Assembly (NCBI GenBank): GCA_944371315.1
Contig: CALVXN010000002.1
Location: 1,046-65,045 of the forward strand
Length of the DNA stretch: 64,000 bases
Direction: 5' to 3'
Source: an uncultured Bacilli bacterium
GTDB lineage: Bacteria > Bacillota_I > Bacilli_A > RF39 > UBA660
Shown: positions 1 to 9,759 of the stretch, one piece after another
Layout: each line of letters begins with the position of its first letter
Position numbering within the stretch: position 1 is the first letter of the stretch
Notes under the pieces: generated by a model
Database searches by the model: none
What the model saw: only the letters and a program-made list of their open reading frames with translations
What the model was told of the DNA's origin: nothing
Position numbers and translations under genes: made by a program

Positions 1-1610
1 ATTTCTACTTGTTCTTTGACTTCATCAGCATAATTAAGTTCTATAAAATTTTCTAAGAAATTTAAGTTTATTTCCGGCCTTTTAAGTAAATCATAATAAG
101 TTAAATTGCTACTAGGTATTTGAATGTTATTTTCAATAAAAGTATGTTTTATATTTTCTGTTATTTTTAAATGTTTTTCTTTTAAAAATCCTATTAATTC
201 TTTTATTTTTTCTTTTTTTTCTTGCAATTTATCATATTGATTTTTGTTTATTGTTCCAATTTTGTAAGCATATTCTCTAAGACGTAAATCTGCATTATCA
301 TGTCTTAATATAAGTCGAAATTCTGCACGAGATGTAAGCATTCTATAAGGTTCAATTGTCCCTTTTGTCACTAAATCATCTATTAAAACACCAATATAAG
401 CATCACTTCTTTTTAAAATTAAAGGATCTTTATTATCTAATTTTAATGATGCATTTATACCAGCTATAATTCCTTGACCTGCTGCCTCTTCATAACCAGA
501 AGTTCCATTTATTTGACCAGCTGTAAATAAATTTTTTATTATTTTATTTTCTAATGTTGGTTTTATTTGTAATGGATCTATTGCATCATATTCAATTGCA
601 TATGCATATTTAGTTATTATTGCATTTTCTAATCCTTTTAAACTATGAACCATTTGTTCTTGAATATCTCTTGGCATACTTGTTGAAAAACCTTGTAAAT
701 ACCAATCATCATAATATAAACTTTCTGGCTCTAAAAATAGTTGATGACGCTCTTTATCTGCAAATCTCACTATTTTATCTTCTATTGAAGGACAATATCT
801 TGGTCCAACTCCAGTTGCATACCCACCATACATAGCTGATTTATTTAAATTATCTCTTATTATTTTATGTGTCATTTCATTAGTATATAAAAGATAACAT
901 GATTGTTGATTATTTATATCATAACTTGGTTTATAATCAAAACTAAAAGTCCAAGGTTTTTCATCTCCTTTTTCTTCTTGCATAACAGAAAAGTTTATAG
1001 AATCTTTTTTTATACGTTGTGGTGTTCCAGTTTTAAGTCTAATTATTTTTAATCCATACTCTTTTAATTTGTCAGATAAATGATTGCTTCTAGCTTCGCC
1101 ATGTGGACCTCCAGGAGTATTTTCACTTCCAATTAGTATATTTCCTTTTAGGTATGTTCCTGTAGTTAAAATTACCATTTTTCCATAAATTTTTTCATTG
1201 TTAGAAGTTATAACTCCTTTTACAGTATTATATTCTATAATTAAATCTTCAATCATTGCTTCTTTTATTTCTAAATTATCCATTTTTTTTAGGTATTCTT
1301 GCATATTTTTAGGATAAGTAATTTTATCTGCTTGTGCTCTTAAAGATCTTACTGCTGGACCTTTTGAATTATTCAACATTTTTATTTGAATTTGTGAAAT
1401 ATCTGCAATATGGCCCATCAGACCACCTAGGGCATCAACTTCACGAACTATTATCCCCTTTGCTGTTCCACCGATAGATGGATTACACGGCATATCGCCG
1501 ATGTTTTTTATATTTCCCGTTACTAAAATTGTTTTTTTACCCATTTTTGCAGCTATATGACATGCTTCAATACCAGCATGTCCTCCACCAACTACAATTA
1601 CATCATACAT
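1..1610 (-). CDS. mnmG: tRNA uridine 5-carboxymethylaminomethyl modification enzyme MnmG (GidA); C-terminal end cut by window edge
   Basis: Minus-strand translation from 1610 reads MYDVIVVGGGHAGIEAC (FAD-binding GxGxxG N-terminus). Further in it reads IGDMPCNPSIGGTAKGIIVRE, which is typical of GidA. The frame appears open to position 1. It lies directly downstream of mnmE. It is absent from the ORF track because there is no stop in the window. Confidence 0.85.
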   Translation of the reverse strand, partial: MYDVIVVGGGHAGIEACHIAAKMGKKTILVTGNIKNIGDMPCNPSIGGTAKGIIVREVDALGGLMGHIADISQIQIKMLNNSKGPAVRSLRAQADKITYPKNMQEYLKKMDNLEIKEAMIEDLIIEYNTVKGVITSNNEKIYGKMVILTTGTYLKGNILIGSENTPGGPHGEARSNHLSDKLKEYGLKIIRLKTGTPQRIKKDSINFSVMQEEKGDEKPWTFSFDYKPSYDINNQQSCYLLYTNEMTHKIIRDNLNKSAMYGGYATGVGPRYCPSIEDKIVRFADKERHQLFLEPESLYYDDWYLQGFSTSMPRDIQEQMVHSLKGLENAIITKYAYAIEYDAIDPLQIKPTLENKIIKNLFTAGQINGTSGYEEAAGQGIIAGINASLKLDNKDPLILKRSDAYIGVLIDDLVTKGTIEPYRMLTSRAEFRLILRHDNADLRLREYAYKIGTINKNQYDKLQEKKEKIKELIGFLKEKHLKITENIKHTFIENNIQIPSSNLTYYDLLKRPEINLNFLENFIELNYADEVKEQVE

Positions 1611-1618
1611 AAAATCAC

Positions 1619-2971
1619 CTACTTTCCTAAACAAAATTTGCTAAATATATTGTCAACAAGTTCTCCTTCGTAAGAATCACCTATTAATTCTCCTAAATAT
1701 TCCCAAGCTGATTTTAAATCTATTTCTATCATGTCAATTGGCATTTTATCTTGCATACTTTTATATGCATTTTCAAGAGATTTACTTGCTTTATTTATTA
1801 AATCTATTTGTCTTACATTTGATAAATAACTCATATCTTTATTAATTATTTCATCTAATTTTAATTTATTTTTTATTGCTTCTTTTAATTTTTCTAAACC
1901 ATTTTCTTCAATTGTATTACCCCAAATTATTTCCCGGGAAATATTTCCCGGAATTTCAATTTTGGTTTCTAAATCTGATTTATTTACAAAAATAATTAAT
2001 TTTTTTGAATTGTATTTTTCAATTAAATCCAGGTCTTCTTGGGCTAATTTTTCATTATTATTTGCAACAAATAATACAATATCAGCACAATCTGCTGAAC
2101 GTTTACTTCGATCAACACCTATCTTTTCTACTAAGTCATCAGTTTCTCTAATACCGGCAGTATCTATAAAATTGATTGCTACTCCATTTAGTGTTATTGA
2201 ACCTTCTACTATATCTCTTGTTGTTCCAGGAATATTTGTAACTATCGCCTTTTCTTCATCTATTAAACTATTTAATATACTACTTTTGCCAACATTTGGT
2301 CTTCCTATTATTGCAATATTTACTCCTTCTTTTATTAATCTTCCGTTCCTAGCACCATCAACTATTTTTTTTAATTCAGTGTTTATTTCTATTAAGTATT
2401 TATCAATTAATTCGTGCGTAACTTGAACTTCATCTTGATACTCTGGATAATCTATATTTACTTCAATATTTGCAAGAATTTGAACTATTTTTTCACGAAT
2501 TTTTTTTATTCTTTTTGTTAATATTCCATCAACATTATTTATAGCAAGCCTTCTAGCTGCATCGGTCTTTGCTATAATTAAATCATTTACTGATTCAGCT
2601 TGTAAAAGGTTAATTCTACCATTTAAATAAGCTCTTTTAGTAAATTCTCCTGGTTCTGCTAATCTACATCCATTAGCAAGTAATATTTCAATTACTTTTT
2701 TAGTTGTTGATTCTCCTCCATGACAGTTTATTTCCACTATATCTTCGGTTGTATAAGTTTTTGGTCCTTTCATAATAGTTACTAATACTTCATCTATTTT
2801 TTCTTCATTTTCAATGATGTGGCCATAATGGATTGTATGACTTTTTTTATTTAATAAATTTCCATCAAATATTTTATTAACTATATCAATTGCTTCACTG
2901 CCAGTTACTCTAACTATCGATATAGCTCCAATGCCTAAAGATGTAGAAATCGCACATATAGTATCATTCAT
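1619..2971 (-). CDS. mnmE: tRNA modification GTPase MnmE (TrmE)
   Basis: ORF 1619..3043. The conserved N-terminus MNDTICAISTS starts at the internal Met at 2971, preceded by GGAAG. G-domain motifs GRPNVGKSS and DTAGIR are present, as is the C-terminal CLGK tail. Confidence 0.9.
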   Translation of the reverse strand: MNDTICAISTSLGIGAISIVRVTGSEAIDIVNKIFDGNLLNKKSHTIHYGHIIENEEKIDEVLVTIMKGPKTYTTEDIVEINCHGGESTTKKVIEILLANGCRLAEPGEFTKRAYLNGRINLLQAESVNDLIIAKTDAARRLAINNVDGILTKRIKKIREKIVQILANIEVNIDYPEYQDEVQVTHELIDKYLIEINTELKKIVDGARNGRLIKEGVNIAIIGRPNVGKSSILNSLIDEEKAIVTNIPGTTRDIVEGSITLNGVAINFIDTAGIRETDDLVEKIGVDRSKRSADCADIVLFVANNNEKLAQEDLDLIEKYNSKKLIIFVNKSDLETKIEIPGNISREIIWGNTIEENGLEKLKEAIKNKLKLDEIINKDMSYLSNVRQIDLINKASKSLENAYKSMQDKMPIDMIEIDLKSAWEYLGELIGDSYEGELVDNIFSKFCLGK

Positions 2972-3085
2972 AAAAAAATACTTCCTTTCAACGGAAGTAT
3001 TATAGCATAAACTATGAAATTCTAAAAGGATTACTTTTTTCACATTTTTATAGTAATCAATATTAAAAATAAATTAAAATTTTCC

Positions 3086-3691
3086 CTATTCTGGTTTTAT
3101 TACTACATGACGATTTGGTTCTTCGCCTTCACTTTCAGTCTTAACACCCTTAAAGTTTGTTAATATATTATGAACTATTCTTCTTTCATAAGATGTCATA
3201 TTATCTAATGATATTGCTACTTTTGTCTTAACTACTTCTTTTGCACTTTGTTTAGCTAATCTTTCAATGTTTTTTTGAATTTTATCTTTATAATTTGATA
3301 CATCTAAATTAATTTTATAATAGATTCCTGTTTCATTTAATATTTTTTGTTTAGCTAAAGTTTCTAATGCTTTTAAAGTTCTTCCTTCTTTTCCTATAAT
3401 TATTGAATTGTTATTAGTATACATTTTTATTGTAGTTCTTTCATCTTTTGTAACTATTTCAAAAGATATTTCTAATCCCATATTTTCTACAATTTCTTTT
3501 ATAAAATTCTTAATTGTATTATTTATATCCTCTTTTTTATATGCTGTTATCTCAATTAAATTTCCTTTAAATAATTTTCCTTTTTTTTCTTTTGTAGTCC
3601 ATAATATTTCTTCTTTTATTAACTTATTTTCATTTAATAGTTCGTTTAATATTGTCTCAATATCTTTTCCTTCTTTAACTATTTTTTCCAT
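3086..3691 (-). CDS. jag: Jag/SpoIIIJ-associated RNA-binding protein (KH + R3H domains)
   Basis: GKEGRTLKALE (KH-like) and ERRIVHNIL (R3H) motifs. Conserved position between yidC and mnmE. Confidence 0.8.
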   Translation of the reverse strand: MEKIVKEGKDIETILNELLNENKLIKEEILWTTKEKKGKLFKGNLIEITAYKKEDINNTIKNFIKEIVENMGLEISFEIVTKDERTTIKMYTNNNSIIIGKEGRTLKALETLAKQKILNETGIYYKINLDVSNYKDKIQKNIERLAKQSAKEVVKTKVAISLDNMTSYERRIVHNILTNFKGVKTESEGEEPNRHVVIKPE

Positions 3692-4724
3692 ACTTCATAC
3701 CTTCTTTTTTTATTAATTTTTCTTTAATTTTTTCCTTTTTCTTTTCTTCTTTCTTTTTTCTGGGTTTATTAGTTAATGAACGATTATTAAACATATTAAT
3801 AACTATATTTTGTATTGCTATAAACGCATAAGTTACTATCCAATAAAATGCCAATGCCGTTGGTAAAGTTAAAGATGCATATACTATGATAACCAACATT
3901 ACATATAACATTGTTTTCATTTGTTTTCCTGCTTCTGGTGTTGTTTGTGGTGCTTGATTCATTGTTTGTTTAAATGAGAAATACGTTGATATACCTATTA
4001 AAATTAGTAGAATTAAATATAAATAGTTTCCATTTTGTATTCCTACTAAAGGTGTCATACCTAAATCAAAGCTAAATAATGTTTCTTCATATATTGCAGG
4101 TGTTCTGTATATTGCTTGCAAAAATGCAAAGAATAACGGAAGTTGAATAAATGCCATTAAACATCCAAGTAATGGATTTACTTTGTATTTTTTATATATA
4201 AGCATCGTTTCTTGACTCTTTGCCATTAATGATTCATTGTCTGTTCTATTTCTATATTTTCTTTCTATTTTTTCTATTTCGGGTTGAGCCTTACGCATAT
4301 TTGCTGTTTGACTAGAACTTTTTATTGTAAATGGTAATAATATTAATCTTATTGCTAAACCTATTAAAATTAAAGACACACCCAAATTACCAACTACGTT
4401 TCCTAATTTTAATATTAAGTATGCTAATGGCTTTACGAATGCCCATTCCCATAATCCAGAACTTTTAGTTGCTGATAAATTATAATCACTACAGCTTGGT
4501 AAATCTTCAAAGTCATATTTTAGTTGATCTTTATATTTTTCATAAGTTTTATATAATTCACTGTCTTTTTCTGGCAAACAAATAATATCTTTTTGTAACA
4601 CTTGCCCTGTTGCTTCAAACTTAACTATATTTTTATCTTCATCCTTAATATAATTAGATGTTCCACAACCACTAGTTAATAATATTACTATTAATAATGC
4701 AAAAATTTTAAACTTGGTTTTCAT
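3675..4724 (-). CDS. yidC: Membrane protein insertase YidC/SpoIIIJ-type lipoprotein
   Basis: ORF 3675..4745. The likely start is MKTKFKIF at 4724, after GAAAGGA. Lipobox LLTSGCG, multiple TM segments and a K-rich C-terminal tail. Located downstream of rnpA. Confidence 0.85.
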   Translation of the reverse strand: MKTKFKIFALLIVILLTSGCGTSNYIKDEDKNIVKFEATGQVLQKDIICLPEKDSELYKTYEKYKDQLKYDFEDLPSCSDYNLSATKSSGLWEWAFVKPLAYLILKLGNVVGNLGVSLILIGLAIRLILLPFTIKSSSQTANMRKAQPEIEKIERKYRNRTDNESLMAKSQETMLIYKKYKVNPLLGCLMAFIQLPLFFAFLQAIYRTPAIYEETLFSFDLGMTPLVGIQNGNYLYLILLILIGISTYFSFKQTMNQAPQTTPEAGKQMKTMLYVMLVIIVYASLTLPTALAFYWIVTYAFIAIQNIVINMFNNRSLTNKPRKKKEEKKKEKIKEKLIKKEGMKYGKNS

Positions 4725-4735
4725 TGTATTCCTTT

Positions 4736-5050
4736 CTATAAACACCCTTTTAGATCTTCTTCTATTTCATTAAAAGATGCAGTTTTTATCCCCCTTTTAA
4801 TCATTATAATATAATTAGTGAAATTTTGAAATAAAAATCGGTTTTTATCTATTATATTTCTAACTTGTCTTTTTATTTTATTTCTTTCAACAGCATTACC
4901 AACTTTTTTACCAACTGCTATTCCAAAGTTTGGTTTTTCAAATTTTTTACTTAAACTAAATATTATTATATATTTTCCACTTTTCTTTTTGCCATTATTA
5001 ATTATGTTGGTAAAATCTTCATGTTTTTTTATCATTTCATATCTTTTCAT
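4736..5050 (-). CDS. rnpA: Ribonuclease P protein component
   Basis: Small basic 104-aa protein with a VGNAVERNKIKRQVR motif. Located directly downstream of rpmH. Confidence 0.85.
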   Translation of the reverse strand: MKRYEMIKKHEDFTNIINNGKKKSGKYIIIFSLSKKFEKPNFGIAVGKKVGNAVERNKIKRQVRNIIDKNRFLFQNFTNYIIMIKRGIKTASFNEIEEDLKGCL

Positions 5051-5063
5051 TTTATCCTCTTAG

Positions 5064-5086
5064 TAAAAAAACCACATAAAGTGGTC
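5064..5086 (-). terminator. Hairpin plus U-run between rpmH and rnpA (attenuating intrinsic terminator)
   Basis: ACCAC-ATAAA-GTGGT hairpin at 5071..5085, with an A7 run on the plus strand (a U-run for minus-strand transcripts). Confidence 0.45.
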
Positions 5087-5089
5087 TTT

Positions 5090-5212
5090 TTATTTGCATA
5101 AAACTTTGCGTCCCTTTTTGCGACGATTGTTTAAAATTTTAGAATTTTTTCTTGCAAAAAAACCATGTTTCTTTGCTTGTTTTCTTTTATTTGGTTGATA
5201 AGTTCTTTTCAT
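5090..5212 (-). CDS. rpmH: 50S ribosomal protein L34
   Basis: Not in the ORF track (too short). My translation is [40 protein letters not shown], with the canonical MKRTxQP...HGF L34 signature. Confidence 0.9.
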   Translation of the reverse strand: MKRTYQPNKRKQAKKHGFFARKNSKILNNRRKKGRKVLCK

Positions 5213-5330
5213 ACTTTTTTCTCCTTCTCTTTGGCTTTCATTATTATAATATTATATTTGTATTTTAGTCAAGAAAAATATTACTATTTTCTTATTTTTT
5301 TATGTCGATTAAATGAATTTTAATTTATAG

Positions 5331-5468
5331 TTATCCACATATTTTGTGGATTGTTGATAATTTGTTAATAACTATGCTTTTTTATCCACATAATTAACAA
5401 CATTTTATTAACGTGTATGTTGATAATATGTTGATATGTTATTTTTGTTATTTTTATTTTGTTGATAT
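5331..5468. promoter_or_regulatory. oriC DnaA-box cluster upstream of dnaA
   Basis: Exact TTATCCACA at 5331..5339 and 5382..5390. TGTGGATTG at 5346. TGTTGATAA at 5352..5360 and 5418..5426. TGTTGATAT at 5429 and 5460. Located in the rpmH-dnaA intergenic region. Confidence 0.85.
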
Positions 5469-5614
5469 TGTTAATAATGTCATTTTTTGTCGATTTTTAG
5501 GCCTTTTTTTGTTTATAATTTTGGGGATAATTTTTTTTGATAATTTTTCTCTTTTATTTTTATTTAAAATGGTTTAAAATGTTCTTATGGAAATATTGTA
5601 AGTGGGGTGAGGTT

Positions 5615-6967
5615 TTGAAAACGGATGAAATTTTTTCTAAATTTTTAAATGATATTCAATCTCAAGTTAGTCAAAATGCATATACAATTTGGTTTTCAAA
5701 ACTAGAACTTTTATCAATAGTTAACAATGTGGTAACTATTAAAGTTCCAATGGAAATCCACAAACAAATGTTAAGTGAAACTTATAATGATATAATTGAT
5801 GCTTCTTTTTTTTCTCTAACTGGTATTAATTATACATTTAAATATATTACAGAAGATGAGGTAGAGACATTTACTCAACCAATAATTGAAGAAGAGAAAA
5901 TTACTCACGAAATAACATGGAATACTAATTTGAATCCAAAATTTACATTTGATAGCTTTATTGTTGGAAATTCAAATAGGTTAGCTTTTGTTGCTGCTAG
6001 AGCCGTCGCTGAAGCTCCTGGAACTATCCATAATCCTTTATTTATATATGGAAGAAGTGGACTTGGAAAAACACATTTAATGCAAGCTATAGGGAATTAT
6101 ATATGCGATCATAGTGATAAAAAAGTATTATATACAACAAGTAATGAATTTATGACTGAATTTACTGGAATTGCTACAATTGATAAAGGCAGTAGCAATT
6201 TAAATTATGCGAATGAGTTTAAAAATAAGTATAGAAATGTTGATGTGTTAATAATTGATGATATACAATTTCTTGTAGGAGCTGAAAGGACACAACAGGA
6301 GTTTTTTCACACATTTAATGCATTACATCAAGCTAATAAACAAATAATTATTAGTAGTGATAAAAGTCCAGACGATTTAAAAAAAATAGAAGAGCGTCTT
6401 AGGAGTCGATTTATGTGGGGATTACCTGTTGATATTTATCCACCAGATTTTAACTTAAGATGTGAAATAATTAGAGCAAAAGTAAAAAATACTAGTATTG
6501 AAAATAAACTAACTGATGATGCAATAGATTATATCGCCAATTCTTGTGTAAATGATGTTAGACACATTGAGGGAACTATCAATAGATTACTTGCTTATTC
6601 AGCAATGATGGTTCCTGATAAAATAACTTTAGATTTTGCAAATGAAGCTTTAAAAGACTATGTTACTACAAACATATTTATCAACAATTCAATTGCTTCA
6701 ATACAAAATGCTGTTGCTGAATATTTTAAAATCTCAGTTGATGATTTAAAAAGTAAAAGAAGAACTAATAGTGTAGTCAAACCAAGGCATATTGCAATGT
6801 ATTTATGTCGCGAAGAAACTGATGAAAATTTGGCTAAAATAGGCCTAGAATTTGGTGGTAGAGATCACTCAACAGTATCAACAGCAATTGATAAAGTTAA
6901 AGAAGAATTAGAAAAAAATGATAATTTGAATAATATGTTGAAAGAAATTAAAACAAAGTTACAATAA
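5615..6967 (+). CDS. dnaA: Chromosomal replication initiator DnaA
   Basis: ORF 5537..6967. The hydrophobic N-terminal extension looks spurious. The likely start is TTG at 5615 after GGGGTGAGG, giving MKTDEIFSKFLNDIQ. Walker A GRSGLGKTHL is present, with a C-terminal DnaA-box-binding region (HSTV). ATG at 5579 is an alternative start. Confidence 0.9.
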   Translation: MKTDEIFSKFLNDIQSQVSQNAYTIWFSKLELLSIVNNVVTIKVPMEIHKQMLSETYNDIIDASFFSLTGINYTFKYITEDEVETFTQPIIEEEKITHEITWNTNLNPKFTFDSFIVGNSNRLAFVAARAVAEAPGTIHNPLFIYGRSGLGKTHLMQAIGNYICDHSDKKVLYTTSNEFMTEFTGIATIDKGSSNLNYANEFKNKYRNVDVLIIDDIQFLVGAERTQQEFFHTFNALHQANKQIIISSDKSPDDLKKIEERLRSRFMWGLPVDIYPPDFNLRCEIIRAKVKNTSIENKLTDDAIDYIANSCVNDVRHIEGTINRLLAYSAMMVPDKITLDFANEALKDYVTTNIFINNSIASIQNAVAEYFKISVDDLKSKRRTNSVVKPRHIAMYLCREETDENLAKIGLEFGGRDHSTVSTAIDKVKEELEKNDNLNNMLKEIKTKLQ

Positions 6968-7080
6968 TGTTGATAATTAATTCTAAATATTATAAGAAAA
7001 ACCGATAAATTGTGTGTTATAATTTAGTTATCAACACTAATAACATTATTAATATAAAAAAAATTATTAATATAAAAGAA
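6968..7080. promoter_or_regulatory. Second oriC part (dnaA-dnaN spacer): DnaA-box-like sites plus AT-rich stretch
   Basis: TGTTGATAA at 6968..6976 and TTATCAACA at 7028..7036, followed by an almost pure A/T run at 7037..7078. Bipartite oriC is typical for Firmicutes. Confidence 0.6.
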
Positions 7081-7094
7081 GGAGAGAGAGAAAA

Positions 7095-8210
7095 ATGAAA
7101 TGGACTATTGAAAAAAATGTTATACTAGATGCTTTAAATAATGTTACTAAAGCGTTATCACAAAGAACTACAATCCCTGTTTTAAATGGTATTGTTTTCG
7201 ATATTAATGAAAAAGGAATTGAATTGTTAGCAAGTGATTCAGAATTAACAATAAAAGTTTTTATAGATGAAAAAGATATAAAACATATTGAAGGTAAAGG
7301 AAGAATTATTATTCAAAGTAAATATTTTGTTGATATGATAAGAAAAATGCCTTCAGATGTGATTGATTTTGAAATAGAAGACAACTTAAAAATTAAAATT
7401 TCCACACCAAATAATCAATATAGATTAAATTGTTATAATCCTAATGATTATCCTAATATTAATATTGATAAAAGTGAAGATGCAATTATTATTTCCGCAG
7501 AAAAGCTAAGAGAAATTATTGCTCAAACATCTTATGCATTATCAACACAAGAAGTTAGGCCACTTTTAACTGGGATAAATATTAAAATAAATGGTGATTT
7601 ATTAGAGTGTATCGCAACTGATTCATACAGATTATCAAAGAAAAATATAAAATTATCTTCACCAGTAAATAAAATGATAAATATTGTTATTCCTGGAAGA
7701 AGTATAACTGAATTAGAAAAGATTATAAATGATGATGATGTAGAAATTCATGTATTTAGTAACAAAATATTATTTATTTACAAAAATATTTATGTTCAAA
7801 GCAATTTATTAAGTGGAACTTATCCTGAAACATCTCATTTTATTCCAAATGATTTTGCTTATATGATTAATTTAAATTTAAAAGAATTTTATGATGCTGT
7901 TGATAGAGCTGCTTTGCTTGCACAAAATAAAGATAAAAATATAATAAAAATGCATATTGAAGATAAAGATATGATTATTACATCTACTTCAAACGAATTA
8001 GGTAATGCTGAAGAAAAACTAAAAATAGATTGTAATAATAAAGAAAAAATTGAAATATCTTTTAGTTCAAAATATATGATGGATGCTTTAAAAGTAATAA
8101 AAGAAGAAAATATATTTTTATTAATTAATACTGATGATAAGCCAATATTAGTTAAACCTGTTACTGATGAATCATTAACTGAATTAATATTACCTATAAA
8201 AACTTATTAG
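7095..8210 (+). CDS. dnaN: DNA polymerase III beta sliding clamp
   Basis: 371 aa, located directly after dnaA. The N-terminus (LNNVTKALSQRTTIPVLNGI) and three-domain length are typical of DnaN. Confidence 0.9.
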   Translation: MKWTIEKNVILDALNNVTKALSQRTTIPVLNGIVFDINEKGIELLASDSELTIKVFIDEKDIKHIEGKGRIIIQSKYFVDMIRKMPSDVIDFEIEDNLKIKISTPNNQYRLNCYNPNDYPNINIDKSEDAIIISAEKLREIIAQTSYALSTQEVRPLLTGINIKINGDLLECIATDSYRLSKKNIKLSSPVNKMINIVIPGRSITELEKIINDDDVEIHVFSNKILFIYKNIYVQSNLLSGTYPETSHFIPNDFAYMINLNLKEFYDAVDRAALLAQNKDKNIIKMHIEDKDMIITSTSNELGNAEEKLKIDCNNKEKIEISFSSKYMMDALKVIKEENIFLLINTDDKPILVKPVTDESLTELILPIKTY

Positions 8211-8298
8211 TAAGAATGATTTTTATGAATTGTTCTTTTTTTTCGACAAATTTTTATTATTATTTAAACTATAATATGCCTTTATCAGGGAGGATTGT

Positions 8299-8727
8299 AT
8301 GAATTATATAATAAAAAATGACACTTTATATTTAAGGGTAAATAATGAAAGTATTTATGTAAAGGAAATTAATAATGAAATGATTTTAAATGAAAATATA
8401 ATAAAAGTGTTAAATAATAGTTGTATTTATTATGGATCATCATTAAAGGGAAGAATTTTAGGTGCAAAATCTTTAATTAAAAGTAAATATAAATTACCAC
8501 TAATAATAAGTGAAAAAAATAATTTATTTTTTATTAATATTAAAGATAAAAATGGTTATGAGTATTGGCTTAATTTCCAGTATATAAAAGATTATATATA
8601 TGTTGATAACTTGTTGAAAATATTTTTTGAATATGATAAATCATTATTAATTAATTGCTCTTGGACTATATTTAATAATCAAATGTTAAAATGTAGTAGG
8701 TTGTATGTAGTTTATTCGATGAGATAG
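8299..8727 (+). CDS. Short ComK-family-like protein
   Basis: NSCIYYGSSLKGRILGAKSLIKSKYKLPLII aligns by eye with B. subtilis ComK RSCRFFGSSYAGRKAGTYEVTKISHKPPIM. At 142 aa it is shorter than ComK. Confidence 0.5.
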   Translation: MNYIIKNDTLYLRVNNESIYVKEINNEMILNENIIKVLNNSCIYYGSSLKGRILGAKSLIKSKYKLPLIISEKNNLFFINIKDKNGYEYWLNFQYIKDYIYVDNLLKIFFEYDKSLLINCSWTIFNNQMLKCSRLYVVYSMR

Positions 8728-8800
8728 CTTGATTATTGAACATGGTTAATTATTGACAATTATAATAATATAATTTATATTATTGTTAAGAGGTGCAATA

Positions 8801-9583
8801 ATGAGTGCAGAATATGAAAATTTACGATTAAATGCTGATTTAAAGGGGTTACATTATGGTAAAGAACTTGTTGAAACAATTATGGGATATATTTTAGATA
8901 AGGAATCTCTTTGTTATGAAGAGTATTGTAAAAAGAAAGGTATTTCTGAATCTACTTTTAGGCAATATATAGATGATTTAGATAATTTTCCTATATTATG
9001 GGGTATATTTAAAGAATGTGAAAAGCTTCATAGTAGTGAAATTTCAAGAAATTCATATGATGTAATTCCTGCTATTAAAGAAAAAGCTCATTCTTTACAA
9101 AGACAAATGGATATTCTTGATTTTAGAGAAGTGACCCAATTAGATATTATTGATGTATCACGTAGAATAAATGGTGATGACTGTTATGATAAAATCCTAA
9201 TGGATAGTGTGAGTAATATAATAAAGCAATCTATTCCATTTTCTTATAATAATAGTGAAGATGCTAGCGTGTTTTTAAATATTGATTATATATCTTTGGA
9301 TGAATTAAAAAAAATAGAAAATTTTTGTAAAATAAATAGATTGCCATTTAATATTTCTGTTATTAACATTTTATTTGATGCATTTAAAACTGGAAGATAT
9401 GCTCCTGATCAAGTAATAAATGCACAAGTTCCAATAAAGGTTGATGCTGAAAGAAGGGAAAAACTTGCTGCTATTTGTCAACAAACTACATATTTAGATG
9501 ATATTAATCTTAGTATTAATAATATGCAAGAGCGTCTTAAACAAATATCAGCTAGTGAAGATGTTTCATTTGGATCAAGATAA
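8801..9583 (+). CDS. Hypothetical protein (possible HTH near the N-terminus)
   Basis: ORF 8783..9583. ATG at 8801 follows AGAGGTG. No family recognised. The GISESTFRQYIDDL segment is HTH-like. Confidence 0.55.
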   Translation: MSAEYENLRLNADLKGLHYGKELVETIMGYILDKESLCYEEYCKKKGISESTFRQYIDDLDNFPILWGIFKECEKLHSSEISRNSYDVIPAIKEKAHSLQRQMDILDFREVTQLDIIDVSRRINGDDCYDKILMDSVSNIIKQSIPFSYNNSEDASVFLNIDYISLDELKKIENFCKINRLPFNISVINILFDAFKTGRYAPDQVINAQVPIKVDAERREKLAAICQQTTYLDDINLSINNMQERLKQISASEDVSFGSR

Positions 9584-9652
9584 ATAATAAACTTATTAAG
9601 CTATTTTAAAATTTGTAACAAATATATGATAATCTAAAGATGATGTTATATG

Positions 9653-9683
9653 AGCTATTTTTGCTTTAAAATAGCTTTTTTTT
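9653..9683 (+). terminator. Intrinsic terminator
   Basis: AGCTATTTT / AAAATAGCT stem followed by a T7 run. Confidence 0.7.
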
Positions 9684-9759
9684 ATGTTATAATTATTATG
9701 TGTATAGGTATACCATAATACCTTTAATTTTAAGTAGTGGCCATTAAAGGGGGTAAATT

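Noticed and set aside
1962-2426. 154-aa plus-strand ORF inside mnmE. The same applies to 620..835, 3408..3716, 12478..12732, 14591..15088, 18001..18336, 21074..21283, 22471..22674, 25108..25362, 25414..25725 and 26114..26335.
   Set aside because: These are antisense or alternate-frame ORFs fully inside confidently identified genes. They have low-complexity I/L/F/S-rich translations typical of AT-rich shadow ORFs, and no RBS.
5537-5614. N-terminal extensions in the ORF track (dnaA 5537, mnmE to 3043, yidC to 4745, gyrB 10829, tadA 16140, holB 19338, dut 28183, rpsC 54991, rpsN 57810, rpsH 58022, rplO 59830, gpmI 49767)
   Set aside because: The extensions are hydrophobic or non-conserved and overlap upstream genes or RNA. 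Internal starts preceded by GGAGG-type RBS reproduce the canonical N-termini.
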